Shown here: piece by piece, positions 1 through 10,314 of the stretch
Layout of the letters: each line of letters begins with the position of its first letter
Position numbering within the stretch: position 1 is the first letter of the stretch
Assembly (NCBI GenBank): GCA_965205675.1
Contig: OZ242186.1
Span: forward strand, 896,001 to 960,000
DNA length: 64,000 nt
Reading direction: 5' to 3'
Source of the DNA: Nitrosopumilus sp.
Lineage (GTDB): Archaea; Thermoproteota; Nitrososphaeria; Nitrososphaerales; Nitrosopumilaceae
Program-made: the position numbers and the translations under genes
The notes under the pieces: generated by a model
What the model was told of the DNA's origin: nothing
Seen by the model: only the letters and a program-made list of their open reading frames with translations
The model's database searches: none

Positions 1-799
1 ATGAATCTATTTCATAGCCTATGCTTTTGAGACGTAATAATTTTGTAAATGAGCCTCCTGTTATGTGCGCAAATCCATTAATCTTGCATTTTTGATTGAT
101 TTCCAGAACTGGTTTTGTATAAATCTCAGTTGGCTTTAGCAAGGCCTCTCCAATAACTCCTACTCCTCGGACTTTGTCTTTGACTGAATATTTTCTTAAT
201 ATTGCTTTTCTTGCAAGTGAATATCCGTTTGAATGAATTCCTGAACTGCTAGCTCCGATAATTACATCCCCTGCTTTAATTTTGTTTCCTAGAACCATCT
301 CTTTTTTATCCAATATTCCTACAACCATCCCTGCCAAATCAAATGCAAATCCCTCTCCTTCAATTACATCTGGCATTATTGCAGTTTCTCCCCCCACAAT
401 TGGCATTGCTGATTTTCTTGCACCTGTTACTAATCCCTTCACAATTTTTTTAAATATAGTTACATCATTTTTATTTGCAGCAATGTAATCTACAAATGAT
501 ATTGGTGTTGCACCAATACATATTATGTCATTAACATTCATTGCAACACAATCAATTCCTATGGTGTTGTATTTTTTCATCATGTTTGCAATTACAACCT
601 TGGTTCCGACACCGTCTGTATGTGTAGCTAAAAGTTTTCCTCCTGGAATTTCTACTATTCCTGCATAATGGCCAAATCCGTGTGTTATCTTTGCTTTTTT
701 CTGGAGTTTGTGAGTCGATGCAATTAGTTTTCCAATAGCTCTTTGACTTTGTTTAATTTTTGAGATGTCTATTCCTGCTTTTTTGTATGTTAAAGCCAT
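1..799 (-). CDS. purM: Phosphoribosylformylglycinamidine cyclo-ligase (AIR synthase), runs off window start
   Basis: Manual translation from ATG at 799: MALTYKKAGIDI...THTDGVGTK...IGIDCVAMNVNDI, PurM signature motifs; not in the ORF track. Confidence 0.93.
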   Translation of the reverse strand, partial: MALTYKKAGIDISKIKQSQRAIGKLIASTHKLQKKAKITHGFGHYAGIVEIPGGKLLATHTDGVGTKVVIANMMKKYNTIGIDCVAMNVNDIICIGATPISFVDYIAANKNDVTIFKKIVKGLVTGARKSAMPIVGGETAIMPDVIEGEGFAFDLAGMVVGILDKKEMVLGNKIKAGDVIIGASSSGIHSNGYSLARKAILRKYSVKDKVRGVGVIGEALLKPTEIYTKPVLEINQKCKINGFAHITGGSFTKLLRLKSIGYEIDS

Positions 800-848
800 A
801 GTTTGTTGCGTATCTGCTGTGAATAAAAGAATTTGCTTGCTGTTTCGA

Positions 849-1574
849 TCACATGTACATTCCAGATGTCTCTTCTCTATGCTCTGCATATTTTTGAGAT
901 AACTCGCTAAATTCTGAATGAATTCTATCTTTTTCTTTTTGTAGTTCTGTTGTATTTATTTTCATGTCATAAAATCGATTCAGTGCTTCAATGAGGGTAG
1001 ACGCTGCTTCTGAATCTGGTGCATCTTTGTTTGCTTTTGCCAATAGGGTTAGACCCTGTATCTCTCGTACTAGGCACTCATTTAGTATGCCCCCTGGTAT
1101 CCCTGTGATGAATCCTTGTGGAATCATACTGATATCTTTGTCTGCCATTATTCTTACTAGATCCTCCTCTGCTGCACAATATGCTTTATCGTCATGTTCT
1201 GTACTTGCTACTCCGTCTAAGATTACAATTTCTTTGCAACCTTTTTGCGCTGCCCAATCTAAAATTGATGCCACTAATGTGTATAGTCCATCGAGCTTTA
1301 GTGTTATCTCGCAAATTATCGCACATATTGTTCCTTCACTGTTTGCATAAAATCGAAATGGGTGTCGTAATCTACCTCTCATAAAAACTGTTGATGGTGG
1401 CAGGTATTTTGATCTCATCACTGCAATTTCTTCCATTTCTAATTCTGTAATAATGTGGTTAATTGCAACTGGTCCTACCAACCCTGCACCAACAAATCCT
1501 GCAAAAATTATCGGATTCTTTAATTCTGTTTCTTTGATCTCAAAGACTTCAGCTTTTGGAAATTCTTTTTGCAC
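849..1574 (-). CDS. PAC2-family proteasome assembly chaperone
   Basis: IIFAGFVGAGLVG N-terminal motif, GIPGGILNEC, APDSEAA; 241 aa. Confidence 0.85.
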   Translation of the reverse strand: MQKEFPKAEVFEIKETELKNPIIFAGFVGAGLVGPVAINHIITELEMEEIAVMRSKYLPPSTVFMRGRLRHPFRFYANSEGTICAIICEITLKLDGLYTLVASILDWAAQKGCKEIVILDGVASTEHDDKAYCAAEEDLVRIMADKDISMIPQGFITGIPGGILNECLVREIQGLTLLAKANKDAPDSEAASTLIEALNRFYDMKINTTELQKEKDRIHSEFSELSQKYAEHREETSGMYM

Positions 1575-1596
1575 AGTTTACGTCGATTTGTCCTGT

Positions 1597-1941
1597 CTAA
1601 TTACCTTTGTTGATGAAGAGATTCAACATAACTCTCCCTTTGTCTGTTATTGTGTAGATCCTGTTTGCCCCCACTGCTTCTTTCTTGATAAAATTGTAAT
1701 CTACACATAGATGTAGATAATTTAAAAATGATTTTTTCATTCTGATCTTTGATTTTGAATATAGATCTGAAAATGTCATTGGATTCCCTTTGAGTTGGTA
1801 TAACAATTTCAAAAGTGATAATGTGCTGTAATCTCTTGTTCTTGCTTTTACTGCTCCGAGAATTTCTTCATCTCTTTTTATGATAAAATCATCAAATTGT
1901 TCTGCCACTTCTAGTGGTACATATGTCAGTCTTGCTCGCAT
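1597..1941 (-). CDS. Winged-helix DNA-binding protein
   Basis: C-terminal YTITDKG wing motif, 114 aa. Confidence 0.7.
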   Translation of the reverse strand: MRARLTYVPLEVAEQFDDFIIKRDEEILGAVKARTRDYSTLSLLKLLYQLKGNPMTFSDLYSKSKIRMKKSFLNYLHLCVDYNFIKKEAVGANRIYTITDKGRVMLNLFINKGN

Positions 1942-2115
1942 TATACCGTATAGTACGGTACGTTACTTTATTAGTCTTTAACTTGAGCTTTATTGATCTT
2001 TTAAGATGGTTTTTTTACACCTGATCGTGCCTAAATTCTCTTTTTCAGAATTAGCTTGAATTGTGAAATTATAGTATATCATCTGATTTAAACGACTACA
2101 GTCCAAAATCAATTT

Positions 2116-3078
2116 GTGGAAATTGCAACAAGTGCGATATTGACTGTAGTTGGTTTAGTTATGTTATGTTTTGGTGGTAGTTGGTTAGTTAGTGGTAGTG
2201 TTACGATTGCAAAGAAATTCCGTATCAGTAATCTTGTAATCGGGATGACCATTGTTGCATATGGTACTTCTGCCCCTGAACTAGCCGCAAGTATTGCAGC
2301 AACTGGTGAACACAGTGCAATTATTTTGGGAAATATTGTTGGTAGTAACATTGCAAATGTTGGAATGGTAATTGGCATTTCTGCTTTACTTGTACCTCTA
2401 GCTGTACGTAGCTCTGTTTTAAGAAAAGAAATTCCAATAATGTTGGGCGTTTCGCTACTTCTCATTTTACTTTCTATTGATGGTGAACTTTCTCATTATG
2501 ATGGAATCTTTTTGCTAATTGGATTGGGTGTGTTTGGATTTTATACATACAAAGATGCAATGAAACAAAGATCTAAAAATATAGAAACAATTGAATCTAC
2601 TAAAAATATAGAAACAATTGAATCTACTAAAAATAATGTTTATTTAAAATCTGCAGGCTTGATTACAGTTGGCATTGTTCTCTTATATGTTGGTGCTAGA
2701 CTTACAGTTGATAATGCTATAGTTTTAGCCGTAGAGTTTGGTTTATCTGAAAAAATTATTGGTCTAACTGTTGTGGCAATTGGAACTTCCCTTCCAGAAT
2801 TAATTACATCCATAATTGCAATCAGAAAAGGCCATGCTGATATTGGCATAGGCAATATCATTGGAAGTAACATCTATAATATTTTGATGATTATGGGAGT
2901 TGGTGCGGCTCTTGGCGGTGTACTAGTTGGAGTTGATGTTTATGTTGATTATGCAATTATGATTGTCTTTAGTTTATCATTACTGATTGCTTTAAAGACA
3001 AAGTTAATTGGCAGGGTTATGGGGGGTTGTCTGACTACAGGCTATGTTGCCTATCTGATAATCATATTTTTCAAGTAA
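2116..3078 (+). CDS. Na+/Ca2+ (CaCA/YrbG-type) antiporter
   Basis: Two alpha repeats GTSAPEL and GTSLPEL, GNIVGSN/GNIIGSN, multiple TM helices. Confidence 0.92.
   Translation: MEIATSAILTVVGLVMLCFGGSWLVSGSVTIAKKFRISNLVIGMTIVAYGTSAPELAASIAATGEHSAIILGNIVGSNIANVGMVIGISALLVPLAVRSSVLRKEIPIMLGVSLLLILLSIDGELSHYDGIFLLIGLGVFGFYTYKDAMKQRSKNIETIESTKNIETIESTKNNVYLKSAGLITVGIVLLYVGARLTVDNAIVLAVEFGLSEKIIGLTVVAIGTSLPELITSIIAIRKGHADIGIGNIIGSNIYNILMIMGVGAALGGVLVGVDVYVDYAIMIVFSLSLLIALKTKLIGRVMGGCLTTGYVAYLIIIFFK
2573..2635 (+). repeat. 27-bp in-frame tandem duplication (KNIETIEST x2)
   Basis: ctaaaaatatagaaacaattgaatcta occurs twice plus a 9-bp partial copy. Confidence 0.95.
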
Positions 3079-3381
3079 TTTATGCCTGACTTTAGGTGGA
3101 ATTTACTGAAACTTTCTCTACTTTTAATGAATGGGGATTAATAGAAGAGATGCTTCACCAAATGATATTTTTGATTATTGCTGATATCTAAAATATTTTT
3201 CATCATTGTTAGAAGACTGAATTATTTTAATCTTGAAATTTTCATCAAAATTGTATTTGATCTCTACACTCCTTGAATCTGTTATTCTGGCAGTTGTAAT
3301 TTTTTTCTTAATTTTGATAATGACTCTTTCATCAATTCCTACTTTTCTAAATGATTAAATGCCTTTCCCAGGCCCTGATAA

Positions 3382-4644
3382 TTATTGCTTTCTTGGATTT
3401 TTATAATTAAATTTATTTATCTTTATCAATTCTACATAAGATCCAAACTGGGTATCTGTAACATTGTCTAGTTTGTCTTCTATTTTGTTATCTTTATCAA
3501 ATTTTTTCAAAATTTTATAATGTGTATTTCTTTCAGCAGGGATTCTTCCAATCTCTTTTGTCATCCTTCTAATTTCTCTTGGTTTGAGTAATTGACCATA
3601 CTCTGAACCTGCTGATGTTGAAATACTTTCATTTATTAGAGTTCCCCCAAAGTCATTTGCTCCCCAATTTAGTAATAGCTGAGACATCTTTTGTCCTTCT
3701 TTTACCCATGACATCTGAATATTGTCAATTGAATTGTTCAACATTATTCTTGCAACTGCATGAGTAAGTAAAACGTCGTTTCCGCTTCCTCCTTGTCTTA
3801 TTCCTTCATATAATTTATGTTTGTACATTGGTGCTTCTGTATGTATAAAGTTTAATGGTACAAACTCTGTAAATCCTCTTGTTTCTTTTTGAATGTCTCT
3901 TAATTTTGCAATATGTTGTATTCTGTCTTTCAATGTTTCCACATGTCCAAACATCATAGTTGAGGTTGTCTTGATTCCCATATTGTGGGCACTTTTGATT
4001 ACTCTCTCCCAATCTTTTACACTAATTCTTCCTGGGGATATTTTATCTCTTAATTTTTGATCAAGTATTTCTGCTGATGTACCTGGAAGTGTATTTACTC
4101 CTGCCTCTTTCAATCTTTTCAAAAATTCCTCAACTGATACGTTTGAGCAAGTTGCCCCGTATAGTATCTCTTCGGGAGAAAATCCATGAATATGAATATC
4201 TGGAATCTCTTTTTTGATTTCTCTACAGATATTTTCATACAAATCCCCTTTCATGTCTGGTGGAAGTCCTGCTTGAATGCATACTTCTGTTGCTCCTAAT
4301 TGATGTGCTTCTTTTGCTCTGCGTACAATCTCCTCAGTTGGTAAGAAATATCCTTCCTCCTCTCTAAAATCTCTACTAAATGCACAAAAACCACATTGTT
4401 TGATACAGACATTTGTAAAATTGATGTTACGATTAACTACATATGTTACAGTATCTCCTGCTCTTCTTTTTCTTAGTTCATCTGCCACCAGCCCAACTAG
4501 ATGAAAGTCTATTCCTTGAACATTGAATAACTCTAATCCTTCTTTTACAGATGTTTCTTTCTCTGATAAAGCATTGTTTAGAATTTCTGTTATTATGGGA
4601 TCTGCATTTCTGAAAAGCGAGTCTATGTTTATTGTCATCTCCAA
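3382..4644 (-). CDS. cofH: FO synthase subunit CofH (radical SAM)
   Basis: NRNINFTNVCIKQCGFCAF CxxxCxxC motif, GANDFGGT; adjacent to cofG. Confidence 0.9.
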   Translation of the reverse strand: MEMTINIDSLFRNADPIITEILNNALSEKETSVKEGLELFNVQGIDFHLVGLVADELRKRRAGDTVTYVVNRNINFTNVCIKQCGFCAFSRDFREEEGYFLPTEEIVRRAKEAHQLGATEVCIQAGLPPDMKGDLYENICREIKKEIPDIHIHGFSPEEILYGATCSNVSVEEFLKRLKEAGVNTLPGTSAEILDQKLRDKISPGRISVKDWERVIKSAHNMGIKTTSTMMFGHVETLKDRIQHIAKLRDIQKETRGFTEFVPLNFIHTEAPMYKHKLYEGIRQGGSGNDVLLTHAVARIMLNNSIDNIQMSWVKEGQKMSQLLLNWGANDFGGTLINESISTSAGSEYGQLLKPREIRRMTKEIGRIPAERNTHYKILKKFDKDNKIEDKLDNVTDTQFGSYVELIKINKFNYKNPRKQ

Positions 4645-5804
4645 TATTGCTCCTTTACGAATCCTTCCTCATTTCCAATAACTGATATCTTATCTCTTAA
4701 CTCTTTGCTAAGAAACGAAAAATATTCTGGATATGCTGGAAACCTGCATTTTAAATCAAATCCTGCTTTCTTTGAATTCTCTTCCACTTTGCCAATTTCT
4801 GGCCAAGAAAATTCTGGATTTACAAAATCTAATGTAAGCGGTGATATTCCTCCCCAATCATTTATTCCCACTGTTAAGAAGCTTTGATATGACTTTGGGG
4901 ATAAGTTTGGTGGAATTTGTATGTTCATTTGTGGCATGATGATTCTAGATAGTGCAACAACTAGTTTGAAATATTTTTCATCAGCTGATGGTTCATCCTT
5001 CATTGGTGTATCTGGTTTTGGCTGAAAGTTTTGTAAAATTACTTCCTGAATGTTTCTATGTTTGTCGTTAAGTTGTTTTATGGCAAACAATGAATCAATT
5101 ATCTCATCCATAGTCTCACCGATTCCTACAAGAATACCTGTAGTCATCGGGATGCCTAATTTTCCTGAATTGTCTAGGATGCTCAATCTTGTTTTTGGTC
5201 GTTTACTTGCAGCCAAGTAGTGTGGCATTCCTTTTTCGGTTAATCGCTCACTTACATTTTCAAGCATTACTCCCATTGACACATTTGTTTTTTGTAATTC
5301 TTTCATTTCTTCATAGCTTAGATTTCCTGCATTTGTATGTGGAAATAATCCCATCTCTAATGCAAGTTCTGAGCAATGAATTAGATACTCTGCTGTGGAT
5401 TTGAATCCGTTTTCTTTTAGCCAACCTCGTGCTTCTTGGTATCTCTGTTCTGGTTGCTCTCCTGTAACAAAAAGTGCTTCTGTACATCTGTATTTTTTTG
5501 CTAGTGTTAATAGCTCAATTACTTGTTGGTTTGACATTAAAGAAAGTTTTCTCTCTCCTGGTTCAGACTTGTAAGTACAGTAAGAACAGGTATCTTTGCA
5601 TAAATTAACAATATTGAAAAATGCTTTTTTAGAAAATGTTACTGATTTTTTTTTGAATTTTTTCCTTAAACTTTGTGCAGCTAAAAACAGGTCATCAGGA
5701 TTCTTTGATGATTTGTGATAAATTTCAATTGCATCTTGGCGTGAAATTGGTTTATCTTCTAAAACACTATTCAAACTCTCTGAATCAAAGACAAGATTGT
5801 TCAA
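4635..5804 (-). CDS. cofG: FO synthase subunit CofG (radical SAM)
   Basis: LCKDTCSYCTY, PHTNAG, IQIPPNL, GINDWGGISP. Confidence 0.92.
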   Translation of the reverse strand: MNNLVFDSESLNSVLEDKPISRQDAIEIYHKSSKNPDDLFLAAQSLRKKFKKKSVTFSKKAFFNIVNLCKDTCSYCTYKSEPGERKLSLMSNQQVIELLTLAKKYRCTEALFVTGEQPEQRYQEARGWLKENGFKSTAEYLIHCSELALEMGLFPHTNAGNLSYEEMKELQKTNVSMGVMLENVSERLTEKGMPHYLAASKRPKTRLSILDNSGKLGIPMTTGILVGIGETMDEIIDSLFAIKQLNDKHRNIQEVILQNFQPKPDTPMKDEPSADEKYFKLVVALSRIIMPQMNIQIPPNLSPKSYQSFLTVGINDWGGISPLTLDFVNPEFSWPEIGKVEENSKKAGFDLKCRFPAYPEYFSFLSKELRDKISVIGNEEGFVKEQYWR

Positions 5805-5846
5805 TAGAAGAATTCCTTATTATGAAGTATTTATGCTTGTATTGAC

Positions 5847-6992
5847 TTAATTCTCATTAGGTCTTTCTTGTAGTACTATTGTGATATCTGTAGTCCTTCC
5901 ATCTCTTAGAATTTCTAACGTCATTTCGTCCCCCACTGATTTTGCTCTTTGTAGATGGATCAAAATATCGTCAATTTTTCTGACTTCGATCTCATCTACT
6001 GCTAAAATGACATCTCCTCCTATCGGATAACTAATTCCGTCAACTTCTATAGTTTCTTCTGAGCCAATCAATCCTGCATGAAATGCTGGACTGTCTTCTA
6101 CTATTGTAATTACTAAAAATCCTACTGCTTCTTTTAGATCCAACACTTCTGCCATGTCTGGATCAATGTCTCTACCTGAAATCCCAATCCATGGGTGCTT
6201 GTACTCTCCACTTTCAATTAATGTTGGAACAATTTTTACAACTGTTTGCGATGGTATTGAAAATCCCACCCCTGTAAACTCTCCTGTTCCTGATTGTATT
6301 GCGGTGTTAATTCCAACTATTTCCCCTCTCATGTTGAGTAATGGTCCTCCTGAGTTCCCCGGATTGATCGCTGCATCTGTTTGAATTACATCTGGAATCT
6401 GATAGCCTGCATCTGATGATGGTAACAGTCTGCCTAGTTGACTAACAATTCCTGACGTCATGGATCCTGACAATCCAAATGGATTTCCAATTGCTGCTAT
6501 CTGCTCTCCCACTTTGAGATTGGATGAATCTCCTATTGACAATGGTTGTAATAAGGCCAAGTCTGCGTTAACTTTGATTATTGCAATATCTGTATATTCA
6601 TCTATTCCAATAACCTCTGCATTATATGATCTTCCATCAAGGAATGTGATGATGACCTTTGTTGCATCATCTATCACATGTGCATTTGTAATTATATGTC
6701 CTTTTTTATCAAAAACAAAACCTGATCCCACACCTCCTCTTGTTTCTTCTGATTTTTCTCTTTGAACATTTACTCTAACTACTCCTGGCTCTGTCTTTTC
6801 AAAAATTTCAATTAATGATAGGTTCTGATAAAATAATGGAGATGTTTCTACAACGGCTTGTTCGATTTTATTATCATTTATACTGGTTTCTGCTTTTAAT
6901 GCTTCTGGCGGTGCAATGAATAAGACTGTAACAATTGCTAATACTATTCCAGCTCCCCCAATTGCTCCTACAGATAACCCTGATTTATCCAT
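5847..6992 (-). CDS. HtrA/DegP-like trypsin serine protease with PDZ domain
   Basis: TNAHV, IQTDAAINPGNSGGPL, N-terminal TM, C-terminal PDZ-like region. Confidence 0.93.
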   Translation of the reverse strand: MDKSGLSVGAIGGAGIVLAIVTVLFIAPPEALKAETSINDNKIEQAVVETSPLFYQNLSLIEIFEKTEPGVVRVNVQREKSEETRGGVGSGFVFDKKGHIITNAHVIDDATKVIITFLDGRSYNAEVIGIDEYTDIAIIKVNADLALLQPLSIGDSSNLKVGEQIAAIGNPFGLSGSMTSGIVSQLGRLLPSSDAGYQIPDVIQTDAAINPGNSGGPLLNMRGEIVGINTAIQSGTGEFTGVGFSIPSQTVVKIVPTLIESGEYKHPWIGISGRDIDPDMAEVLDLKEAVGFLVITIVEDSPAFHAGLIGSEETIEVDGISYPIGGDVILAVDEIEVRKIDDILIHLQRAKSVGDEMTLEILRDGRTTDITIVLQERPNEN

Positions 6993-7030
6993 GAGATTTT
7001 TTATTCTTTATTTTCTATCTAAAAGGCTTA

Positions 7031-8239
7031 CTATATCTTGATTGAATTTTGAGTATGATCTTTCATTGAATAACTTCTTCCTCTCCATGTAACTGATGAT
7101 TCTCTTTTAGCCTGTAGTAAACCACTTAGGAATCCTAAAATCACTACCAAGCTTCCAAGTGGTGCAAATATTGCATATTCTAGTTTTAATTTTAAACCTA
7201 TTTTCACCTCAATAATTGTTCCAATGTAAATTAAGATTGAAGCAATTGCTGATGTAATACATAATATCTTTCCTGATATTGTTTCTATTGGCAGTGCGGC
7301 TGAAATTGCAAATATTGGAAATGGAATAAATAACAAGAACGTTACTGCAAAAAATACCCCTATGGCAATCTTCCCACTTTGAAGATAAAGTGGAACCATT
7401 AGTCTCTTTAATCCATTCCATAATGTACTCTTATCTCTGGCCCATATTGCATCTACGAGATGTTCGCCACGTACCATTTTCATTTTATATCCTGATTCTT
7501 TTACCTTACTTCCCAATGCCCCATCTTCAATGATCTCTTGTTTGACTCCCTCATGCATGCCTATCTCTTCGTATGTTGTTTTTTTCAAAATAAAAAAACT
7601 ACCAAAAAAATATCCTGTTTTTTTAGATGGGTTGTTTACATTTAATGCTGAAAATCTAGTGTGTAAAAATGTTGAAATCATTGGAAGGCTGATGTTTGTC
7701 CAAAAATCAAATGTAAGCATTTTTGGTATTGCTGATAGTGCATCTAAACTAAATGAATTCAAATGAGACACTGCTAATGTTATGATGTTCTTAGCATGTC
7801 TTGTGTCTGCATCTGTAAATAATAGCAACTCTCCCTTAGCTTTGTTATATCCTTCCATACATGCCCAATTCTTCCCCATCCATCCGTCTGGTTTTGATCT
7901 TGCAGAAACTAGGATTATGTTTGGGTATTTTTTTGCATATTCTGCAATAATTTCACTTGTTTTATCTTCTGATGAATCATCAATTGCAATTACTTCATAA
8001 TTCTCATAATCTTGTTTAGCTAGAGATTCTAGGCATTTTCCAATGAACTTTTCTTCATTTCTAGCTGGTAAAATTATTGAAACTTTGGGAGTTGTTTTTG
8101 ATGTGTTTTCAAACTTGTCCAAATATGGTGTTAGTCTAAAAGAGTCAAGCATTGATTTGAGTAAGAAAATCCATGCACCACACACTCCAATTAAAATTGC
8201 AGTTAATACATAATTGAAAATGTCTAAAACAAAATCCAT
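7031..8239 (-). CDS. Family 2 glycosyltransferase, membrane-bound
   Basis: IILPARNEE, IDDSSED, FTDAD, IIEDG, WRGR C-terminus. Confidence 0.88.
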   Translation of the reverse strand: MDFVLDIFNYVLTAILIGVCGAWIFLLKSMLDSFRLTPYLDKFENTSKTTPKVSIILPARNEEKFIGKCLESLAKQDYENYEVIAIDDSSEDKTSEIIAEYAKKYPNIILVSARSKPDGWMGKNWACMEGYNKAKGELLLFTDADTRHAKNIITLAVSHLNSFSLDALSAIPKMLTFDFWTNISLPMISTFLHTRFSALNVNNPSKKTGYFFGSFFILKKTTYEEIGMHEGVKQEIIEDGALGSKVKESGYKMKMVRGEHLVDAIWARDKSTLWNGLKRLMVPLYLQSGKIAIGVFFAVTFLLFIPFPIFAISAALPIETISGKILCITSAIASILIYIGTIIEVKIGLKLKLEYAIFAPLGSLVVILGFLSGLLQAKRESSVTWRGRSYSMKDHTQNSIKI

Positions 8240-8244
8240 AAAAT

Positions 8245-8685
8245 CTATCGCTCGATCTCTTTTTTGATTCCTTGCATTGCTTGCTCTGTTCCGCTTTTGA
8301 TATGCTTTTTAATCATACCTGTAAACATTCTCATCATTCCTGTTAGTCTGATATCCCAATATGTTAAGAGCATTGTTTTTTCATTTTTTGCTGTGAGAGT
8401 GATTATTTTCTCTCCGTCGATAATCCCTTCTGTGAACCTTACCTCGATCTTCTCTTTTGGATGAATTTTCACTTGCTGTAAACATTTTTGATCTCTAAAA
8501 GCAATTGTAACTTCTCGTTTGATTGTATTTCCTTCTTTGGAGATGTTTCTGACTTTTTTTGTTCCCTTCCAAAATTTTGGTTCATTATCAATGTCTGAAA
8601 CAATTTCCCACACTTTGTCTACTGTTGCATTAATTTCCACTTTTACCTGAATTACAGTCATGTATATTCCCTGACAATTGCGCAT
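8245..8685 (-). CDS. SRPBCC/polyketide cyclase-like protein
   Basis: INATVDKVWEIVSD...PKFW pattern. Confidence 0.75.
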   Translation of the reverse strand: MRNCQGIYMTVIQVKVEINATVDKVWEIVSDIDNEPKFWKGTKKVRNISKEGNTIKREVTIAFRDQKCLQQVKIHPKEKIEVRFTEGIIDGEKIITLTAKNEKTMLLTYWDIRLTGMMRMFTGMIKKHIKSGTEQAMQGIKKEIER

Positions 8686-8705
8686 TAAATATAATATGTG
8701 GTATC

Positions 8706-9512
8706 AAAATACCGCATTATCAACTCATCCTAAAACAGATCATTTTGTAAACATTTGATGATAATGCAGATCTAACAATGATATCCTCAAATCTTTTGCA
8801 TGATTCATAAAGAAATCTCAGTTATTCAATGAAATACCATTGCACCACAATTACCAAACCTGCAAGATCTAGTAGACCAAGAAATAATGATAGAATGATA
8901 ATCAATGCAATATTGTCTGTCTTGACTAATTGCAGATGGGCAGACATGCCTACACAATACGGTTCAAAATCTACTGTTCATCTGAGATTTCAGGAACTGC
9001 AGCAAAGAGGAATTTGGAAAAAGATTCTATCAAAACTAATCAAATCTGCACACAGACAAGAAAAGATTAATCTACAAAAGATCTTAGTTGACCCCTCTCA
9101 ATTAGTAATAAAAAAGGAGTGATTCTGTAGGATATGATGGATTTAAAAAGATTCTAGGAACAAAAGTACATTTGCAGTTGAATCAAATGGTCTGCCCATC
9201 TCAATTAGAACCAGTTCTGCAAATCAACATGATAGTACAAAATTCATTGATGTGTTAGAAAACATTTCAGAATTTTGGATGATGGTTCCATACAAGAAAT
9301 AGTGTCAGCATATGCAGAGAAATTGTACGATGCAAAATACATTAGAGATTATCTCAGATGTCATGAAATGGAGTTATTGTTTTTAGCTTTGGAACTTGTT
9401 GTGAAGGAATTTATGCAATGTCGTAAAATTGATCTAATTACGCAAGAGGTCCTGCTGGAAATAGCATAATTGAACTGAAAATAGGCTTGAAATGGATTTA
9501 ATGCGGTATTTT
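8706..9512 (+). mobile_element. Degraded IS5-family (IS427-like) element
   Basis: 14-bp TIRs aaaataccgcatta / taatgcggtatttt; fragments RWADMPTQYGSKSTVHLRF, GYDGFKK, ANQHDS broken by frameshifts. Confidence 0.8.
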
Positions 9513-9555
9513 TCTACAGCATATAATATATTAGATTCCTATCACATTTAAAATA

Positions 9556-9634
9556 GACTGTGATGGGTAACATGCCTAAAATCCGGAACATTAACTCCAG
9601 TTCCAATGGCGTTTGCCATTCTTCCGTCACAGTC
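9556..9634 (+). ncRNA. Candidate structured RNA (11-bp closing stem, internal hairpins)
   Basis: gactgtgatgg pairs with ccgtcacagtc; internal ggaac/gttcc and aatggc/gccatt stems. Confidence 0.4.
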
Positions 9635-9653
9635 ACTTAAAATTTGAAATAAA

Positions 9654-9869
9654 ATGAAACCCACAAAATACATGCCAAAAATTGAAACATTCGACGGTGC
9701 TGGTTTTTGGAAAAATGCGTATGCTCATCAACGAGGAAAATTATTAAAACAAGTTAGTGTACCTGAGGATCAAATTATAGAGCTAGTTAATAAAAAATAC
9801 ATGGATATTCCTGCAGCTCTAAGATATGAGATTGAAACAAGTGGAATAACTAAAAAAGAATTACAATAG
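9654..9869 (+). CDS. Small hypothetical protein
   Basis: 71-aa ORF with plausible composition upstream of tRNA-binding gene. Confidence 0.7.
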   Translation: MKPTKYMPKIETFDGAGFWKNAYAHQRGKLLKQVSVPEDQIIELVNKKYMDIPAALRYEIETSGITKKELQ

Positions 9870-9891
9870 CATTCGAAATTCATTTTAATGG

Positions 9892-10239
9892 GTGAGTTTT
9901 GTATTAATCATGTCTACAATATCTTATGATGATTTTACAAAGTTAGACATTAGAGTTGCAAAAATTATTGGAACTGAACCTATTGAAGGAAAATCTAGAA
10001 TCATTAAAGGTAGAATTGATTTAGGAACCGACGATCAACGTGATGTTATAATTGGTGGTGCTCAATATTATCAACCTGAAGACATTGTGGGAAAAACTGT
10101 AATCGTTATTGTAAATCTCGAACCTAAAAAACTTGCAGGTGTTGAATCAAATGCAATGTTGTTGGCAGCTGATGTTAACGATAAACCATTTTGGTTAACT
10201 GTTACTGGAGATGTTCCTTTGGGCAGTCCCATCAAGTAA
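9892..10239 (+). CDS. tRNA-binding OB-fold protein (Trbp111/CsaA-like)
   Basis: DFTKLDIRVAKI, VNLEPKKLAGVESNAMLL. Confidence 0.9.
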   Translation: MSFVLIMSTISYDDFTKLDIRVAKIIGTEPIEGKSRIIKGRIDLGTDDQRDVIIGGAQYYQPEDIVGKTVIVIVNLEPKKLAGVESNAMLLAADVNDKPFWLTVTGDVPLGSPIK

Positions 10240-10314
10240 ATACTTTTAAATTCTAAATTATGATGTATGTTATTTAATTAAAAATTAATGAAAATAGGTT
10301 TTAGATTTATGATG

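Noticed and set aside
282-8464. Many 60-120 aa ORFs opposite housekeeping genes
   Set aside because: Antisense or alternative-frame shadows of well-supported CDSs.
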